A stretch of DNA of 64,000 bases from Amoebophrya sp. A120 (lineage: Eukaryota > Protista > Dinoflagellata). Position 1 is the stretch's first letter; every line of letters begins with the position of its first letter. The DNA lies in contig CAJINV010000010.1 in NCBI GenBank assembly GCA_905178155.1, positions 1,036,678 to 1,100,677 on the forward strand, written 5' to 3'. The notes under the pieces were generated by a model, which did not search any database, was not told the DNA's origin, and saw only the letters and a program-made list of their open reading frames with translations. Positions 51,001-62,663 of this stretch are shown piece by piece. A program made the position numbers and the translations under genes.

Positions 51001-54000
51001 TATCAAATGCAAAAATGTCTGGGTCTGGAAACTTGTGATGCAAGTCAGTCAATAACACATGCGCTGTAATGCGCCGCCAAGCATGACAAGTTCCTTCGTG
51101 CTTCTGTGCTGCGTATTCCGCATGAGAAGCTGCGTTTTTGCATGACGAGCGAGAGAGGCTGTTTGTGGTCACGCAATACAGATTTAAGGGCCATGCCAGA
51201 TCAGCATGACAAATCTCGCAATCTTCCAGACGCAGACATTTTTGCATTTGATACATTCCGGGCATAGCCGGCGGGACCATGTCCGTCACGGAGGTGTATC
51301 CTGTGCAAAAGTATCGTACCCTTAAGGTAAACCCGCATTACAAATTTTATTTCTCATGCTGAGGGGTATATGCATTTATACGAGTGCGATACTTTTGCAG
51401 TGCATAAGGTGTTACCCTTCACGATTTTCCCCTACTTCGTGATGCTGTGTGCGCCCTTTTTGGTGGTGGTTTTGACCCTATGGCCCATGCTGTCCATCAT
51501 CGCACACGGCCTGGGGTCGGTGTACATGATGCTGGGCGCTTTGTTCTACGTAGCCTACGCATTGGTCCTGTCCTACGGTGCTTTCAAAGGAATGCACACC
51601 ATGACGGCGTTTGAAGACTTGGGATCGGAAATCTACTTATGAACTGCAAAAGTATCGTATTCGTCTAAATGCATGCAGTACGTTGGAATGTTGTTTTTGG
51701 TTGGGATGTTGAGCATCACTACGAAATGTTGAAAATATACTGCGACAGGATTTTTGCGCGCAAGCATCGCAAAAGCAAAAGCAAAGCAATGGCGTACCCT
51801 TTTCCCTGTGAAAGCAAAACAGAACATCCGAACCCGAGAAAACACTCCACATCTCTCCAAGCCGATGGATTGCGCAAAACATTCGATTGCCGGAAAAAGA
51901 ACAATCGAAAGAAAAACAGCAATGCAATGGTCTACGGGAGAAGTGAATTGCTGGCAACAGTGGCCCGCAGTTGCCCCGATGTGGTGTGGTGATTTTCTTG
52001 CGCGCACGCAAAAAAGAGGGCAAGACGCGATATCAGCGAAAGAATTTCCCAGCTGTCGTTTTGATATGGAACCAACAAAAGGCAACTTTGGAAAATGGGC
52101 GAAAGGACTCAAAAGCAGGAGCCTCGCTCAAAATAAAATGTAAAGCAACGCTAAGAAATACGCAGCGCAAAAAACAAAATCGAAGCAAAACCAGCAATGC
52201 AATGGTCTAAGGGAAAAGCGCATTGCTGGCGCAAATAGCTACAAGATGCTAGCAGCAGCGGCGCCGGCGCACCTTGGCCCCTATTAAATGCGAGCGCGAA
52301 GAAGAGAATGCGAAGCCAACAAAGCAGTGCGCTCGCTCTTATTTGGATGGATGCGCTGAAGGCAACAGAAGATAACCTGGGGAGGAAAGACAGCCCCTAT
52401 AGAGAATAGCTACGGGGGAAAGGTCCCTGCTACCACGGCAAGCGAGGGGCGGAAATCGACGACGAGCTAGGAAGTTTGAGTGCACGAGAAGCAGAGCCGC
52501 TGCGATCATCGGAGCGAGTTTGCTTCGGTGCGTGGGGCGAAGGGCGAAGCGAGATTACGGGGGAGGGGGGGGGGAAAGGGCGCGGAGGTCTGCGTTTTCG
52601 CCGCGAGCCGACTCCCCATGCTCGGTCGCCTGTGCGATTTCGATGCCCCGCGCGACGGCGGGCCCAGCCCCCGAAAAAAAAACCAGACGACAGCAGCGCC
52701 GGCCCCTGAAATAACAAAAAGCACGATCGCGCCCGGCGTGGGGCCCTCGCAATGCACGGACGAGCGCACGCATTTTCGAAGAGGAATGGGGGAGCAATGA
52801 ATCCCAGGGCCGCAGAATTTCAGCGGGACAACGCGCGACCAAACTGGCTCGGACGCAAGCGGGGCACGCAGCGGCGCACAATTACGGCACACAAGGGCGA
52901 ACGCAAGCGGGGGCCCTACGTCCTACAGGAGACAAGAGGGAGCCACGCGCCCTACGAGAGACAAGGGGAGCCGTTGCTGCTGGTGTTTTTCAAGAAAGCC
53001 GGGCGACTTTTTCAGCATGGTCATAAGGCCAGTTCGGATGTAATCCTGGCGACTTTTTCATGGGTTTTTGTGCGTTTTGAAATGATGAAAAACAATCCAA
53101 ATTGCGAGCAGTATTGCACTTTTTCAGCCATCACTGCAAGCAAATATGACGCCGATAGGTTTTTTTTGAAGGGGAAAACCACATTTGATCGCGGCGCGCG
53201 ATGAAATGTCTACACATTCCAACTAGAACAGCAATTGATCGCAGCAGCTGTTTTGTACGAAATCTACATTCCATCGTAGCAGCAATCGAAATTTCTGCAT
53301 GCATGACAAATTCCCTTAGCATGAGAAAGAAAATTTGTAATGCTGTTTTATCTTGAGAAAAAAATTTGTAATGCATGATTGCAATACGAGTACGATGCTT
53401 TTGCACAGGATACTACTCCCGGACGAACGAATCGAAGTTAGAACAACTGTATGAACCGCAAATATGTCTGGGTCTGGAAGGGTGCAAGGTTTGTCATGCT
53501 TGTCTAGCATGACTGAAAAGTCTGTGATGTGTGTCCAAGAAGAGACCCTTTTGCTTGTCATGCACAAACGCAGTTTCTTTGTCATGCCGAAAGCGCAACA
53601 CTAAGCCCTGCAAATATTTCTCATGGAGGTTGGTTGGCTGTGCATTACAGACCATTCACTATTCACAACTAAGCATTGTTACAAGTTTCCAGACCCAGAC
53701 GCTTTTGCATTTGATAAGCTACAGCATATGGCGATTCAGCATTACACGCCGAAGAAGTCGGTGTTTGGCAAGGTGTTGTCAGCTGTGTCGAAAAACAAGT
53801 CCACGAATGCGAGCCCTAAAATGTCCCCGGCAGCTCCGAGCGGCGGCAGGGAAAATCAAGTCGTAGTCTGTGGCGGTGAAATGATCCAGAAATGCAACAC
53901 AACACACACGACCCACAGCGAGGCGCTGAGGACCTATAACGGTCGTGTCGACCACCGCTGCACGGAAAAGAACTACGACAGTACGCTGTTGCAAGATGAG

Positions 54001-56184
54001 GAGGACAACAAGATCACCAAAACTCGATCGGAGGAAGAGATTGGGGACTTGGAAATGAGCGAGCACCAGGCGGTCGCGGTACTGGAAGATGTTAACCCGG
54101 TCGTCGTGTTTAATAATGGTAGTACTGGCGATGGACAGCAGGAACAGCAACCGCAAGACTATTCCGCCCAAGAGAACCACACTTTCGAAGACGCCGAGCA
54201 GTCGAACGCAGAAGAGATGCACAGTCTTGACCACCAGAGTTTCGTCGAAGGGCAGCATAGCAAAATGAACCAGAACTCCGCCGCGGACGACGATAGCGAA
54301 GATGCTGAGCAGAAGAACAACAAGCCCTTATCGGTCCGGGTCGTCGGACTAGCCCCGGCTTCCCCCGAGCGGGAAACGAGTCAGCTGAGCATACAGCAAA
54401 ACGTCACGGAAGATTCCGGCGGAATCATGCAGTCAACCTTTATAAAGTCCAGCGAGAAACTATGAAAGTGCACAACTCCCCCTCATTTGTATTGCATGCA
54501 CAGCAATATTACAAGCGTTAGAAAGAATACAGTTTTTGCATGCCAAATTTAGACAGGCGTGTAGTGCTATTTGGGCTGCCAGAACTTGCCATGCATACAG
54601 TGCTAAGAGCCAAGGCGTAAGTTAGGCACTTTGCATGACAAACGAGTGGGGGGGCTGTGCACTTTCATAGAAACTCCGAAAGAAGATGTCGCACTACAGC
54701 GGCATGATAGAATCCCGACTGAAGAACAACCGAACGGGAGGATTACTTGTCGGGTCGACGTTTCTCGGTGGGGTGGACGACATGACGAACAAGGCGAATG
54801 GTACAGCAGGAGGAGGTGTAAATGAAAACAAGCCGAATGTCGAGTACGCACTGGTACAGGCGACGTTGATCAAGCATCTGTGCACGAACGTGAAGAAGAA
54901 GATGATGAACGTGATGCGCTTGTCACTCCTTATGCAGATTCTGGCGCTGGGGTTCATCGCGGCGGCAATCATCATTGAGGGCAAGGAGTTCATCGATTTG
55001 GCCATCAATTCCGATATGGTGGCGAGCATCATGCTGCTCTATGAACTGCAAAAGTATCGTACTAGTAGTAGTAATTGCAACACAAATTCGCTCAGCGTGA
55101 CAAATGGAATTTGTCATGCTTATTTAGCTTGAAAAAGAAATCTGTCTTGCATGACTGCGATTAGTACGAGTACGATACTTTTGCACAGGATATGCTCTTC
55201 GCGGACGCAATGATCAACAAGACCATGATGGACCTTATCACTATCGATTTCCAATTCGGAGCGTTTATGCATTGCAAATGTGTCTTGGTCATCTGGAGAC
55301 ACGCAAACTTGTCTGTGATGCGTATTTTAGATCACACGAAAATCTGTCATGCATAAACAGCAAGAGCATCGATCCCGTTACCGTTTCTTGTCACCGAGAG
55401 CGGAAATTTGTCATGCGGATTAAGCATTGGTAGGCGCTTGAAAAACCTGTGATGCTAGGGCTTGCATGGCAGACCTTGAGGGTCAAGCAGAGACAGCATG
55501 ACAAACAGCTGTGCTCATCCAGACCAAGATAAATTTGCATTTGATAGCGTTGGTCAAAATGCGATTGTACAATGGCTACATGTCCGACGATCAGGACCTG
55601 TCCAACCTGGCGGTCCTTTTCAAATTTTCCGACGCCTTAAACGAACATTTCTGCAAGGGCATCCTCCGGGCGCAGGCCAAGGAGCAGCAGAAGCGGAGCG
55701 GGGACAAAAACGAAACGGATGGGAACAGTGCTACTACGAAAAACCCGACGTCGGTCGGCGCCAAGGGAAGTAGCGCCGCGTATTACAATGAAAAATGCCC
55801 CCACGACCCCCGAACTTGGGAGCATTTGTATTGCAAACCTTTCCAAGTGAAACACTCGCCCTCTTGCATCTATCAGCATCACAGGTTTCCAATCGTGAAT
55901 AGCAAAAATTTGTATTGCAAAAAACCCCAGCAAGAGCGGCGCTTGTCATGCAGGCGATGCGATACACGCCTAGACTCTGCATCAGAAAGATTCACACTCC
56001 TTTCATGCATGACAAAAAGTTTTCATGTGGAAGCTTCGCATCACAAATTTTTGCAACTTCAGGGGTGGAAGGCATTTTTCACTGTAATACCGCGAAGAAT
56101 TTGTTTACCGCGCCGGTGTCGTTTGTGGCGAACAAAATGGTCTCCGGGGTGAGTCCGCGCTCGAAAAAGGAATGCGTGGATTGA
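33030..56184 (+). CDS. Giant multi-exon membrane protein: signal peptide, PLA2-like domain, two lipase-3-like domains, Cys-rich ectodomain, multi-pass TM C-terminus
   Basis: The frame was continuous at every introner junction checked (about 41 elements in the gene), with one apparent frameshift near 33290. Motifs: YNFCGAGT...PVDAIDECCKTHD; FTGHGTGG...YTFAAP; ITGHHLGAAVA...VTFSSP; several hydrophobic helices after 46400. Confidence 0.7.
33711..33990. mobile_element. Introner family C
   Basis: DR GGCCG. Confidence 0.9.
34045..34323. mobile_element. Introner family C
   Basis: DR GAGAT. Confidence 0.9.
34523..34753. mobile_element. Introner family G (TIR core GTGCACAACTCCCC)
   Basis: DR CGAGG, which also gives GT-AG ends. 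Confidence 0.85.
35069..35320. mobile_element. Introner family D (TIR TATAACCCGCTCAGRTGTTACAATCTCAAACG)
   Basis: DR TGGCG; ~42-bp TIR. Confidence 0.92.
35383..35606. mobile_element. Introner family E (TIR TATCGCAAGAAAAAACTGTTTCA)
   Basis: DR CGATT/CGATC. Confidence 0.85.
35653..35974. mobile_element. Introner family F
   Basis: DR CGCTT. Confidence 0.9.
36447..36596. mobile_element. Introner family B
   Basis: TIRs; DR CGTTT/TGTGT. Confidence 0.85.
37089..37244. mobile_element. Introner family B
   Basis: DR CGGGC. Confidence 0.9.
37294..37555. mobile_element. Introner family A
   Basis: DR CGGGG/TGGGG. Confidence 0.88.
38162..38415. mobile_element. Introner family A
   Basis: DR TTCCT/TTTCT. 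Confidence 0.88.
39680..39820. mobile_element. Introner family B
   Basis: DR CGGCC. Confidence 0.88.
39874..40154. mobile_element. Introner family C
   Basis: DR GGGAG/GGAAG. Confidence 0.88.
40516..40779. mobile_element. Introner family A
   Basis: Left end TAC; DR GCTCC/GCTCT. Confidence 0.82.
41296..41620. mobile_element. Introner family F
   Basis: DR GGCGC/GGCGA. Confidence 0.85.
41728..41936. mobile_element. Introner family E
   Basis: DR GACAC/GACTC. Confidence 0.85.
42010..42291. mobile_element. Introner family C
   Basis: DR CCGGC. Confidence 0.9.
43480..43644. mobile_element. Introner family B
   Basis: DR GATCA/AATCA. Confidence 0.85.
43824..43973. mobile_element. Introner family B
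   Basis: DR GAAGT. Confidence 0.9.
44627..44878. mobile_element. Introner family A
   Basis: DR GTTCG. Confidence 0.92.
44949..45199. mobile_element. Introner family A
   Basis: DR CCCAG. Confidence 0.9.
45781..45995. mobile_element. Introner family E
   Basis: DR GACAG. Confidence 0.9.
46230..46376. mobile_element. Introner family B
   Basis: DR AGAGC. Confidence 0.9.
46484..46773. mobile_element. Introner family C
   Basis: DR CCTCT; right end ATG. Confidence 0.85.
46847..47104. mobile_element. Introner family A
   Basis: DR ATGAC. Confidence 0.9.
47202..47423. mobile_element. Introner family G
   Basis: DR ATGCG. Confidence 0.9.
47482..47772. mobile_element. Introner family C
   Basis: DR GAAGA/GAAAA. 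Confidence 0.85.
47865..48116. mobile_element. Introner family A (opposite orientation to 44627-44878)
   Basis: DR TCCGA. Confidence 0.92.
48160..48413. mobile_element. Introner family D
   Basis: DR CGTAC. Confidence 0.9.
48598..48971. mobile_element. Introner family B with internal filler insertion
   Basis: DR GGGAT. Confidence 0.85.
49033..49280. mobile_element. Introner family A
   Basis: DR GGAAA/GGAGA. Confidence 0.85.
49888..50171. mobile_element. Introner family C
   Basis: Perfect 32-bp TIR TATCCTGAGTAAAAACGTACCCACACCAGAGT; DR CGTCG/CCTCG. Confidence 0.92.
50192..50497. mobile_element. Introner family I (TIR TATTRCRATGAAAAAYGCC)
   Basis: DR TCATC; near-identical to 55781-56089. Confidence 0.9.
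50534..50833. mobile_element. Introner family C
   Basis: TIRs; DR CATCA/CGTTA. Confidence 0.8.
51001..51253. mobile_element. Introner family A
   Basis: DR CATTC. Confidence 0.9.
51297..51406. mobile_element. Introner family B, internally deleted (110 bp)
   Basis: DR AGGTG. Confidence 0.88.
51638..53412. mobile_element. Introner family B expanded to 1.8 kb by a nested insertion
   Basis: DR CTACT at 51633-51637 and 53413-53417; removal gives in-frame SEIYSRTNE. Confidence 0.82.
51675..53298. mobile_element. 1.6-kb non-coding insertion nested inside a family-B introner
   Basis: Splits the B-family motif AAATGCATGACAAA; ATGCAT duplicated at both ends; termini GCAG...CTGC. Confidence 0.65.
53450..53716. 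mobile_element. Introner family A
   Basis: DR AACTG/AGCTA. Confidence 0.82.
54461..54669. mobile_element. Introner family G
   Basis: DR GAAAC. Confidence 0.9.
55040..55192. mobile_element. Introner family B
   Basis: DR TGCTC. Confidence 0.9.
55266..55546. mobile_element. Introner family A, decayed
   Basis: DR GCGTT. Confidence 0.82.
55781..56089. mobile_element. Introner family I
   Basis: DR CCGCG. Confidence 0.9.
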
Positions 56185-58383
56185 GACGTGGAAGAAGGCG
56201 GATTTTTTTTGGTGGGAAAGTAGCGAGGAATCTGAATTTGAATACGAAATGGCTTTAGAAGTTTTTTTAGTAGTTTCACGTAGTATAATCACGACAGCAA
56301 CAAGCAACTCTATCATCTAGAAATAGAAAGCAAAACAGAGTGTGAAAAAAGTTGACAAGATACTGTTTCTGGAAATAAGGCTTGAATAAGTAGAAGAATA
56401 TCGAAAGACCGCGCTTTTTCTCAATATAGCAAATTTTTTAGCAGCAAACTGATTTGAAAAGAATATGCAGATAGTGGTCTCAGCATAGCAAATCGAAAGC
56501 ATTGACTTCAAAACTCTCCTTGAAAAATAGCGACTGACTTTATTACAGAATATTTACAAATGATAGATTATTTTCCCATGAAGGTTCGATATCCTCGATT
56601 TCCTAGTTCCATAGATTGCGGACCCTTACACCAACATTCATATGAGTTTGAAAAGTAAAAGCATAGCATGATGAAAAACAAGTGCATACAAATGAAAAGG
56701 AAAAATATCGAAAGCAAACAGGAATGAAAGAAAAGAAAGAGTCCCCTCTAGCATCCCTGCAAAAGTCGAACGCGAACACAGCGCAGCGCTGGAGCAGTGA
56801 ACATGAAGACACAACATAAATGGGAACGAGAAAATAACATAACAACATGCGCTAGTAATGCTCTCAGCGTTATAATCTATCAGTGCCTAGTACACCTGCA
56901 CCGCATAGGTGGGAGGGCATCTTGTGAAGGGGAATCTGTTCCGCAAAGACGACCGCAGTCAACGAGTGAAGAACGAGAGTGTTTGCCAATACCGAGCGCA
57001 AATAGAGAGGCAGCAGGCGAATCTCCGATATTGCACAGATCACGATTGAAAGTCACCGGGGCAGTGAATGGCGAAGATTCTGCGAAGAAGGCCCGCCCTG
57101 TGGGCCAGCAGTGCAGAGCTGAGGAAGCGGGCAAATTATCGCGCGCTCCTGCGCCCCTGCTCTTGGTCCTGCGACCACCTAGCAGCGAAGCCAGTGGCGG
57201 CGGCTGGCGTGTGATTCAGTCGCCCCGCGTGTTGGGTGGCCGCTTTGTTTTCCGGGGGCCCGCCCGGTTGGGCCGCCTGCGCGGGCCGCGCGCGCCCGCG
57301 CGCCACGGCCGGCGGGGTTTTGTGTTGCTGCCAGAGCACCCGGGGAAGGGCCCAGGTAGATGGGTGCCGCCCGGCGGCGGGCCAATAGGCGGCGCGCCCC
57401 GCTGCGGCGCATTGGTTGCGGCATTTCAAAACCAGAAGCAGCCACCGCGATGGAATCGCACGCCCGCGCGCCCCGCGGAAGAAATCTCACGCGCCCGCGG
57501 CCGGCGCCTTCGCGCCCCCTTTTTGCCCCCTCCCCCTCGCCCGTGTCATGATTATTATCAGGCCGGAGAACACGCCGCCGGCCGCGCCCGATTCGGCATC
57601 CGCTGGGTCCAGCGCACACAATTCGAGTCATCATCGCCCGCGCGACGGAAGCCCTGCAGAGTCTCCGCGAGGTGGGGCGAACGCTGCGGAATTCTCTGCC
57701 GAATTCAGCGCGCACATTACGCCGGGCCCGGGCGGCGGGCCTTCTATCAATCTCTCCGCGCGCTCGGGGGATGATCCGGGGCGCCCCATTGCTTTGGCCG
57801 GTGTGGCTGTGTGACTTACTAGCCGGCCGGGCCAAGGTGTTTGCTTGCTGGGCCGGCTGGGTGGTGGCGCCCCCGCTCGTGGCCCTTTTTCGTCCCGGGC
57901 CGGCCCGTTTTTCTTGTGATCTTTGCGCTTGGCGTCGACGTGCCCCTGTGGAGGGCAGGGCAGACGGGACTTGGGTCTGCGCTGGTTTTTTTTGTGCCAG
58001 CCTCCCTCGTTCTACTTGCCGTTGTGGAAGTGGCCCCCGACCGCAGATGGTCCTGTCGCTGTTGCGTATGGATTTTGGCAGCCGACTTCGGTCTCTCGGC
58101 CCGTACTCGTTGTGGTAGTAGCGGTTGCAAGTAGATACTCTGTATTTATTGCGTCCTTATTAAAAATGCCCATGCGCACGCTTATTTGCTCTTCCTCTTT
58201 CAGGCCTGTTCCCTGTGTGCGGTGTTCTTTTCTCGAGTGCTGATGTGCCACGCCCTTCTTTTCTTGTTGTTCGTGCACGGTTGAAGAAGGCCGTAACAGT
58301 TCTCCGCCTGTTTTTGGCCTCACAGCGTTACTAACCGAACTTAAAATGAGAACTGCAACTGCCCATCTCGTTCTCGTCCCACC

Positions 58384-60738
58384 ATGACTGCCGCCAACCC
58401 TTCGCCCCAGGGTCACGCCTCTGCGGTGGAGGAGCCAGCGGTGGACTACCAGCTCGACCATCGTGTTCCAAGAACGTCATCGTCTAGCACCGAAGATGGA
58501 TCCACTTCACCGGACAAAACCAAACCGATGAACAAGGAGCGCCACCTCCTCACCGGTTGCTATGAACTCCTCCACTTCGGCCACCTCAACGCGTTGCGAC
58601 AGGTGAAGCAGTGCTACACCAATTCGCAGTCAAGTACAAGCTCCAGCAGCAGCAGCAGGGACGTCCACGTCGTCGCAGGGATCCACCCGAACGAGGAGAT
58701 CTTGCGGGTGAAGGGCGGGGTTTGCATTTTGGACGAAAAGGAGAAGGAAAGACTGCTGTTGGGGTGCAAATTTGTCGACGAGGTGGCGCACAACGTGAGA
58801 TACGACACTATGGCGTTCTCAATTGTTACATTCTCTACTGTTACATGGATTTGTGATGCGAGAGTGGCAAAATTGAAAGGAAGGATCTTGCGCGTCTTGC
58901 ATGACAGATTTGGCACAGATTCTAAGCCTGTTGGGCCGTCTCAGAACTTGTCATGCGAAGCAGCTCGATGGCGTCGATAGTCAAGGTAATTTTGCACGAC
59001 AAATCATGTAACAGTTGAGAATGTAACGTTTGAGAACGCCACAGACACGATACAGCCCGAAGAATTCAACTGCGACTACTGCTTATCAAATGCGAAAATG
59101 TCTGGGTTTGGAAGAGTCATGCTGTTTTTGCATGACACAGAAGGTCTGGCATGGAAGCTCTAGCATCACAGGTTTCGAGAAGCTTCCGCGATGCCGAACC
59201 CGCATGAGAAATCCCCCATTTTGGTGACAGAAAGTCGGCAGCTTTTGCTACCTATGCATGAGAGATTTTTCTGTGTTCTAAAATGCGCATCACAAGTTCG
59301 GATCCTTCCAGACCCAGACACTTTTGCAGTTCATACTGCTGGCACGGGGACGATGCGGTGGTGGTGCAAGGTAGGAAATATCTTTTTCGTTTGGTAGTTT
59401 GGAGAATCTGAATCATCACCATGACCACAACTTGCATAATTAATACTACACTCGTCTTTTTTTCATGCGAGACGAACACTTTAGATTTAGAATGGTGGAA
59501 ACGTATCACTTCGCACATGACAAATACCCACTCTACTACTACTCCTCGCTTCCCAGCACAGGCACCGACATATTCGGGTACGCGAAAAACACCGAGAAAT
59601 TCAAGACTCTTCGTATGGCCTGCTCAAGCGTTACAATCTCAAGCGTTATAATAGAATCTGGAATTTGTGTTGCATGATGGGCATGACAGACTCGCACAGC
59701 GTTCCACCTTTTGCAATACAAATTTCGACAGAATGTAGAGGGGTTTGGAGCTCCGGAACTTGTCATGCGCAACCCTATGAGAGTTGGCTGGATCAACATG
59801 CTCATCATGCAAGACAAATCTCAGATTCTATTGTAACGTTTGAGATTGTAACGCCTGAGCGGGTTATACTTCGCCGCACCGAGGGAATTTCAACCACGCT
59901 GATGATAGCGCGGTTTTTCACGAACCAAGAGCGAGAGGGCGGGTTTTCCGGGTCCAACAGCCCGTCGAAGACAACACGAGGTGCAGGAGGTGGAGCTGCT
60001 CCGAGCCCCTCGCCCGCGCTTTCGGAGGAAGAGGAGACGCTGATGGAGATGAGTTGTCTGGGGGAGAATTTGGCGGAGAAGATTCTTTCGAAGCAGGACA
60101 AAACGGAAATCCAATACATCAACGCGACGGCGTCGCGCATCTCCCGCTTTTTCCTTCCCAACCGGCCGCGGTCGGTGTGCAAATCCGTGGTGTACTTGCA
60201 GGGATGCTTCGACCTGTTCCACGTGGGTTACTTGGACCTGCTCCAGCTGATTCTCGAAACGGAGCGGAAACGGAAGAATTTGGAATCCGTGAAGGACGTC
60301 TTTCTCATCATCGGGGTGTTGCATCACACAACAACATCTACTACGACGCATAATTCTGATGTTGACAACGACGGCGATCATCATGTCAAGACGCAGTTCT
60401 GCCTGCAGTCCCTGCACGAGCGGGCGATCTCCATGCTGTCGCTGCGGTGCGTGGACGATGTGGTCCTTGACGTGCAAAATAAGGTGGACGAGACGTTTCG
60501 ACGGTCTCTGGGGATCACAACGGTGTATGGGATCGAAAACCACTGCGACTTTGTGAACGACGAGAGGAACGCCAGTTGCGTCGACGCGTGGGTGGACGGG
60601 TTTGGGTACTTTAGCTCGCGGACGATCCAGCTCCGGGTGTTGAAAAGCAGGAAGGTTTTGAAGGAGAGGCAGGCGAAAAAGAAGGAACCCGAGATGGCGG
60701 TGGCCGGGTCGATCAACATGATCGACAGTGGGGCTTGA
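58384..60738 (+). CDS. PCYT2: Ethanolamine-phosphate cytidylyltransferase (two CT domains), multi-exon
   Basis: GCYELLHFGHLNALRQ, CKFVDEV, CDYCWHGDD, RRTEGISTT; second domain YLQGCFDLFHVGY, LHERAISMLSLRCVDDVV. Confidence 0.88.
58809..59043. mobile_element. Introner family H
   Basis: DR GACAC; right end ACA. Confidence 0.85.
59084..59335. mobile_element. Introner family A
   Basis: DR CTGCT; splits the CDYC/WHGDD motif. Confidence 0.88.
59614..59868. mobile_element. Introner family D
   Basis: DR CTTCG; removal restores TLRRTEGISTT. Confidence 0.9.
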
Positions 60739-62663
60739 GTTAGATAAGAGGAAGAGTCTTTCGGGGACAGAAAAGTTTCAGGACTTCGTGAAAAGAGATT
60801 TCCTCAACCTGCTCGAAGAAAAGCAGGCTCTGAAAAATTTTCAACGCAAGGCCTTGTTTTGTGTTCTCAGAGTTGATTGAGTAGCTGGCTCAACAGTCGT
60901 CCGACGCCATGAGGGTCCAGCTCTGTGCCTATCAGGCAATAGCCTCTTCGTTTTTTTTGCCCAGCCACAGGTGGCGGAAGCGGGCCGGGCGCATTGTCGT
61001 GCCGGCCGCAGGAGAGGGAAACGGGGCGGGCCGGGCAGGTTGGGCGGCCCGCGAAGGCGGCCGGGAAGCGGGGGCGGGCCGGGGGCCTGCTAGAGAGACG
61101 CACCCCGCAACCAGTACCAAGTGCCGCGCCCGGGGCCGCGGGGGCGGGCCCGCTACTTAGGTGTTGCGCGGGAAGTTGAAGCGATCGCGTGGCGCCGCCC
61201 TCTGCCCGCTTCCTTGCCGGCCTATTCACCTCGCACGCCGGGAGCCCGCATCTGCATGCTCGGTGACAGAGGCAGCATTCGAGCAGATGAACGCTGGCAA
61301 TGACAGCGAGGGGGCCGCCCTGTTATCGGAGACGCTCGGCGGCCCGCCTGCTAGCCTCCTGCGTCGCTATGCTTGCCCGCCGCCCCCCGGTGTCGCGTCC
61401 GTACATCGGGGGGCGCCTGCTCGTGTGTTGTTGCCGTGTGGGCCCCCCTGGCTGCCCCGCCGCGCGGGCCAGGCCGCCAGTGGCGACGAGGATGGAAGGG
61501 AAATGGGGCCGGGTTGGCTGGGGCCTTTTCGGAAACACACAAAGAAAACCCCGTGCGCCCGGCGCCCAGTGGGCCGGGCCCGGCTGCAGCAAGGGCCTCC
61601 CGGCTGAAGGAGCACGCAGCGCCGTGCGAGCGCGCGCGCCGCGCCACGGCTCCTGCGGTGCAGCACCGGGGGTAGTGTTTGCCGGTCGTCTTCAGAGAAA
61701 GTGGGTCGTCCGCTGGCTTCGCAGCCGCCGGTGGCAGCAAATTGTTTGGATGGCTGCAGGGGGGGCCTCGCCGGTACGTGGGCATGGCCCGTCCGCTGAT
61801 GGATTGCGCAGTATACCGCCAGACCGCTCGGACAGAGCTCCTGCTAGTTCGCGTTTTTTGCATGCGAGGAACTCCTATATTAGTGCAGCTGGCTCCTCTT
61901 CTTGTAGTGCAAACGGCGGCCGCGTTACGTGGCCGCCGTTGCGGCGTTCCGGGCTTTTTCGCCTGCCGCCGGTTCTTTGGAGTGTGTTGAAGATGCCGCT
62001 GATGTTGCTGTGCTAATATACGGCGCTCGCGCTTCTACCTTGAAGAAGAAACTCGGTTTGGATGAAAACTACAAGTTCGTTGGAATTCAAAATGAAAGAT
62101 CGTTGCCATTCGGTGTCTAAGTAATTACAAAAATGATACGGGTCAGTGGCTCCTTTTACTACAGATGATCCAGGATAAGTGCAGATCACGCAGACAGGAA
62201 TTAAATATAAATTTTGAAACAAGATCAAAAGCATAAATGTTCATCCCTGAAGATCCAGAGAGACGGAGACTCTGTACGAAGCAGAACTTATCTAGGTCCG
62301 ACGTCGTAGCGGTAGTCGTGGTGGGTACCAAGCGTGGAAATCAAAGCCGTTCTTTCTCTAGATCCTTTTCCAGGGTACGACTAACGCATCTTCGATAGGC
62401 TTGAGATAGAGCTCTAAGCAACCTGACTTAATACCGGGAAAAAGTTTTCGTGTGTATAGGAGTAGCAGACAGGAGCTGTAGCAGAAGCAGTACTGATTCT
62501 TGCGGTAGCTTATGTCGAAATCATGTTAATATTCCGAATTCGAGTGTGGTTTTCCGAAAGCGAAAAGGTCCGCCTATGATATTTTCGCTTTAGATGAACA
62601 TTCATCAGTCGAGTATCGTACTACACAATCAAATTACACAAACTTTCTTCGAATTAAAACGCT

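Noticed and set aside
51675-53298. Autonomous transposase-encoding master element for the introners
   Set aside because: Only short overlapping ORFs, with no DDE, HUH, tyrosine-recombinase or RT motifs.
60190-60240. HxGH to HVGY change in the second CT domain as a novelty
   Set aside because: Degeneration of one of the two CT domains is already known for ethanolamine-phosphate cytidylyltransferases.
10997-61990. Arg/Pro/Ala/Gly-rich ORFs in the GC islands (e.g. 28989-29816, 56797-57774, 61300-62016) and all minus-strand ORFs
   Set aside because: Explained by stop-codon scarcity in GC-rich DNA or by antisense shadows of real exons; no recognisable domains.
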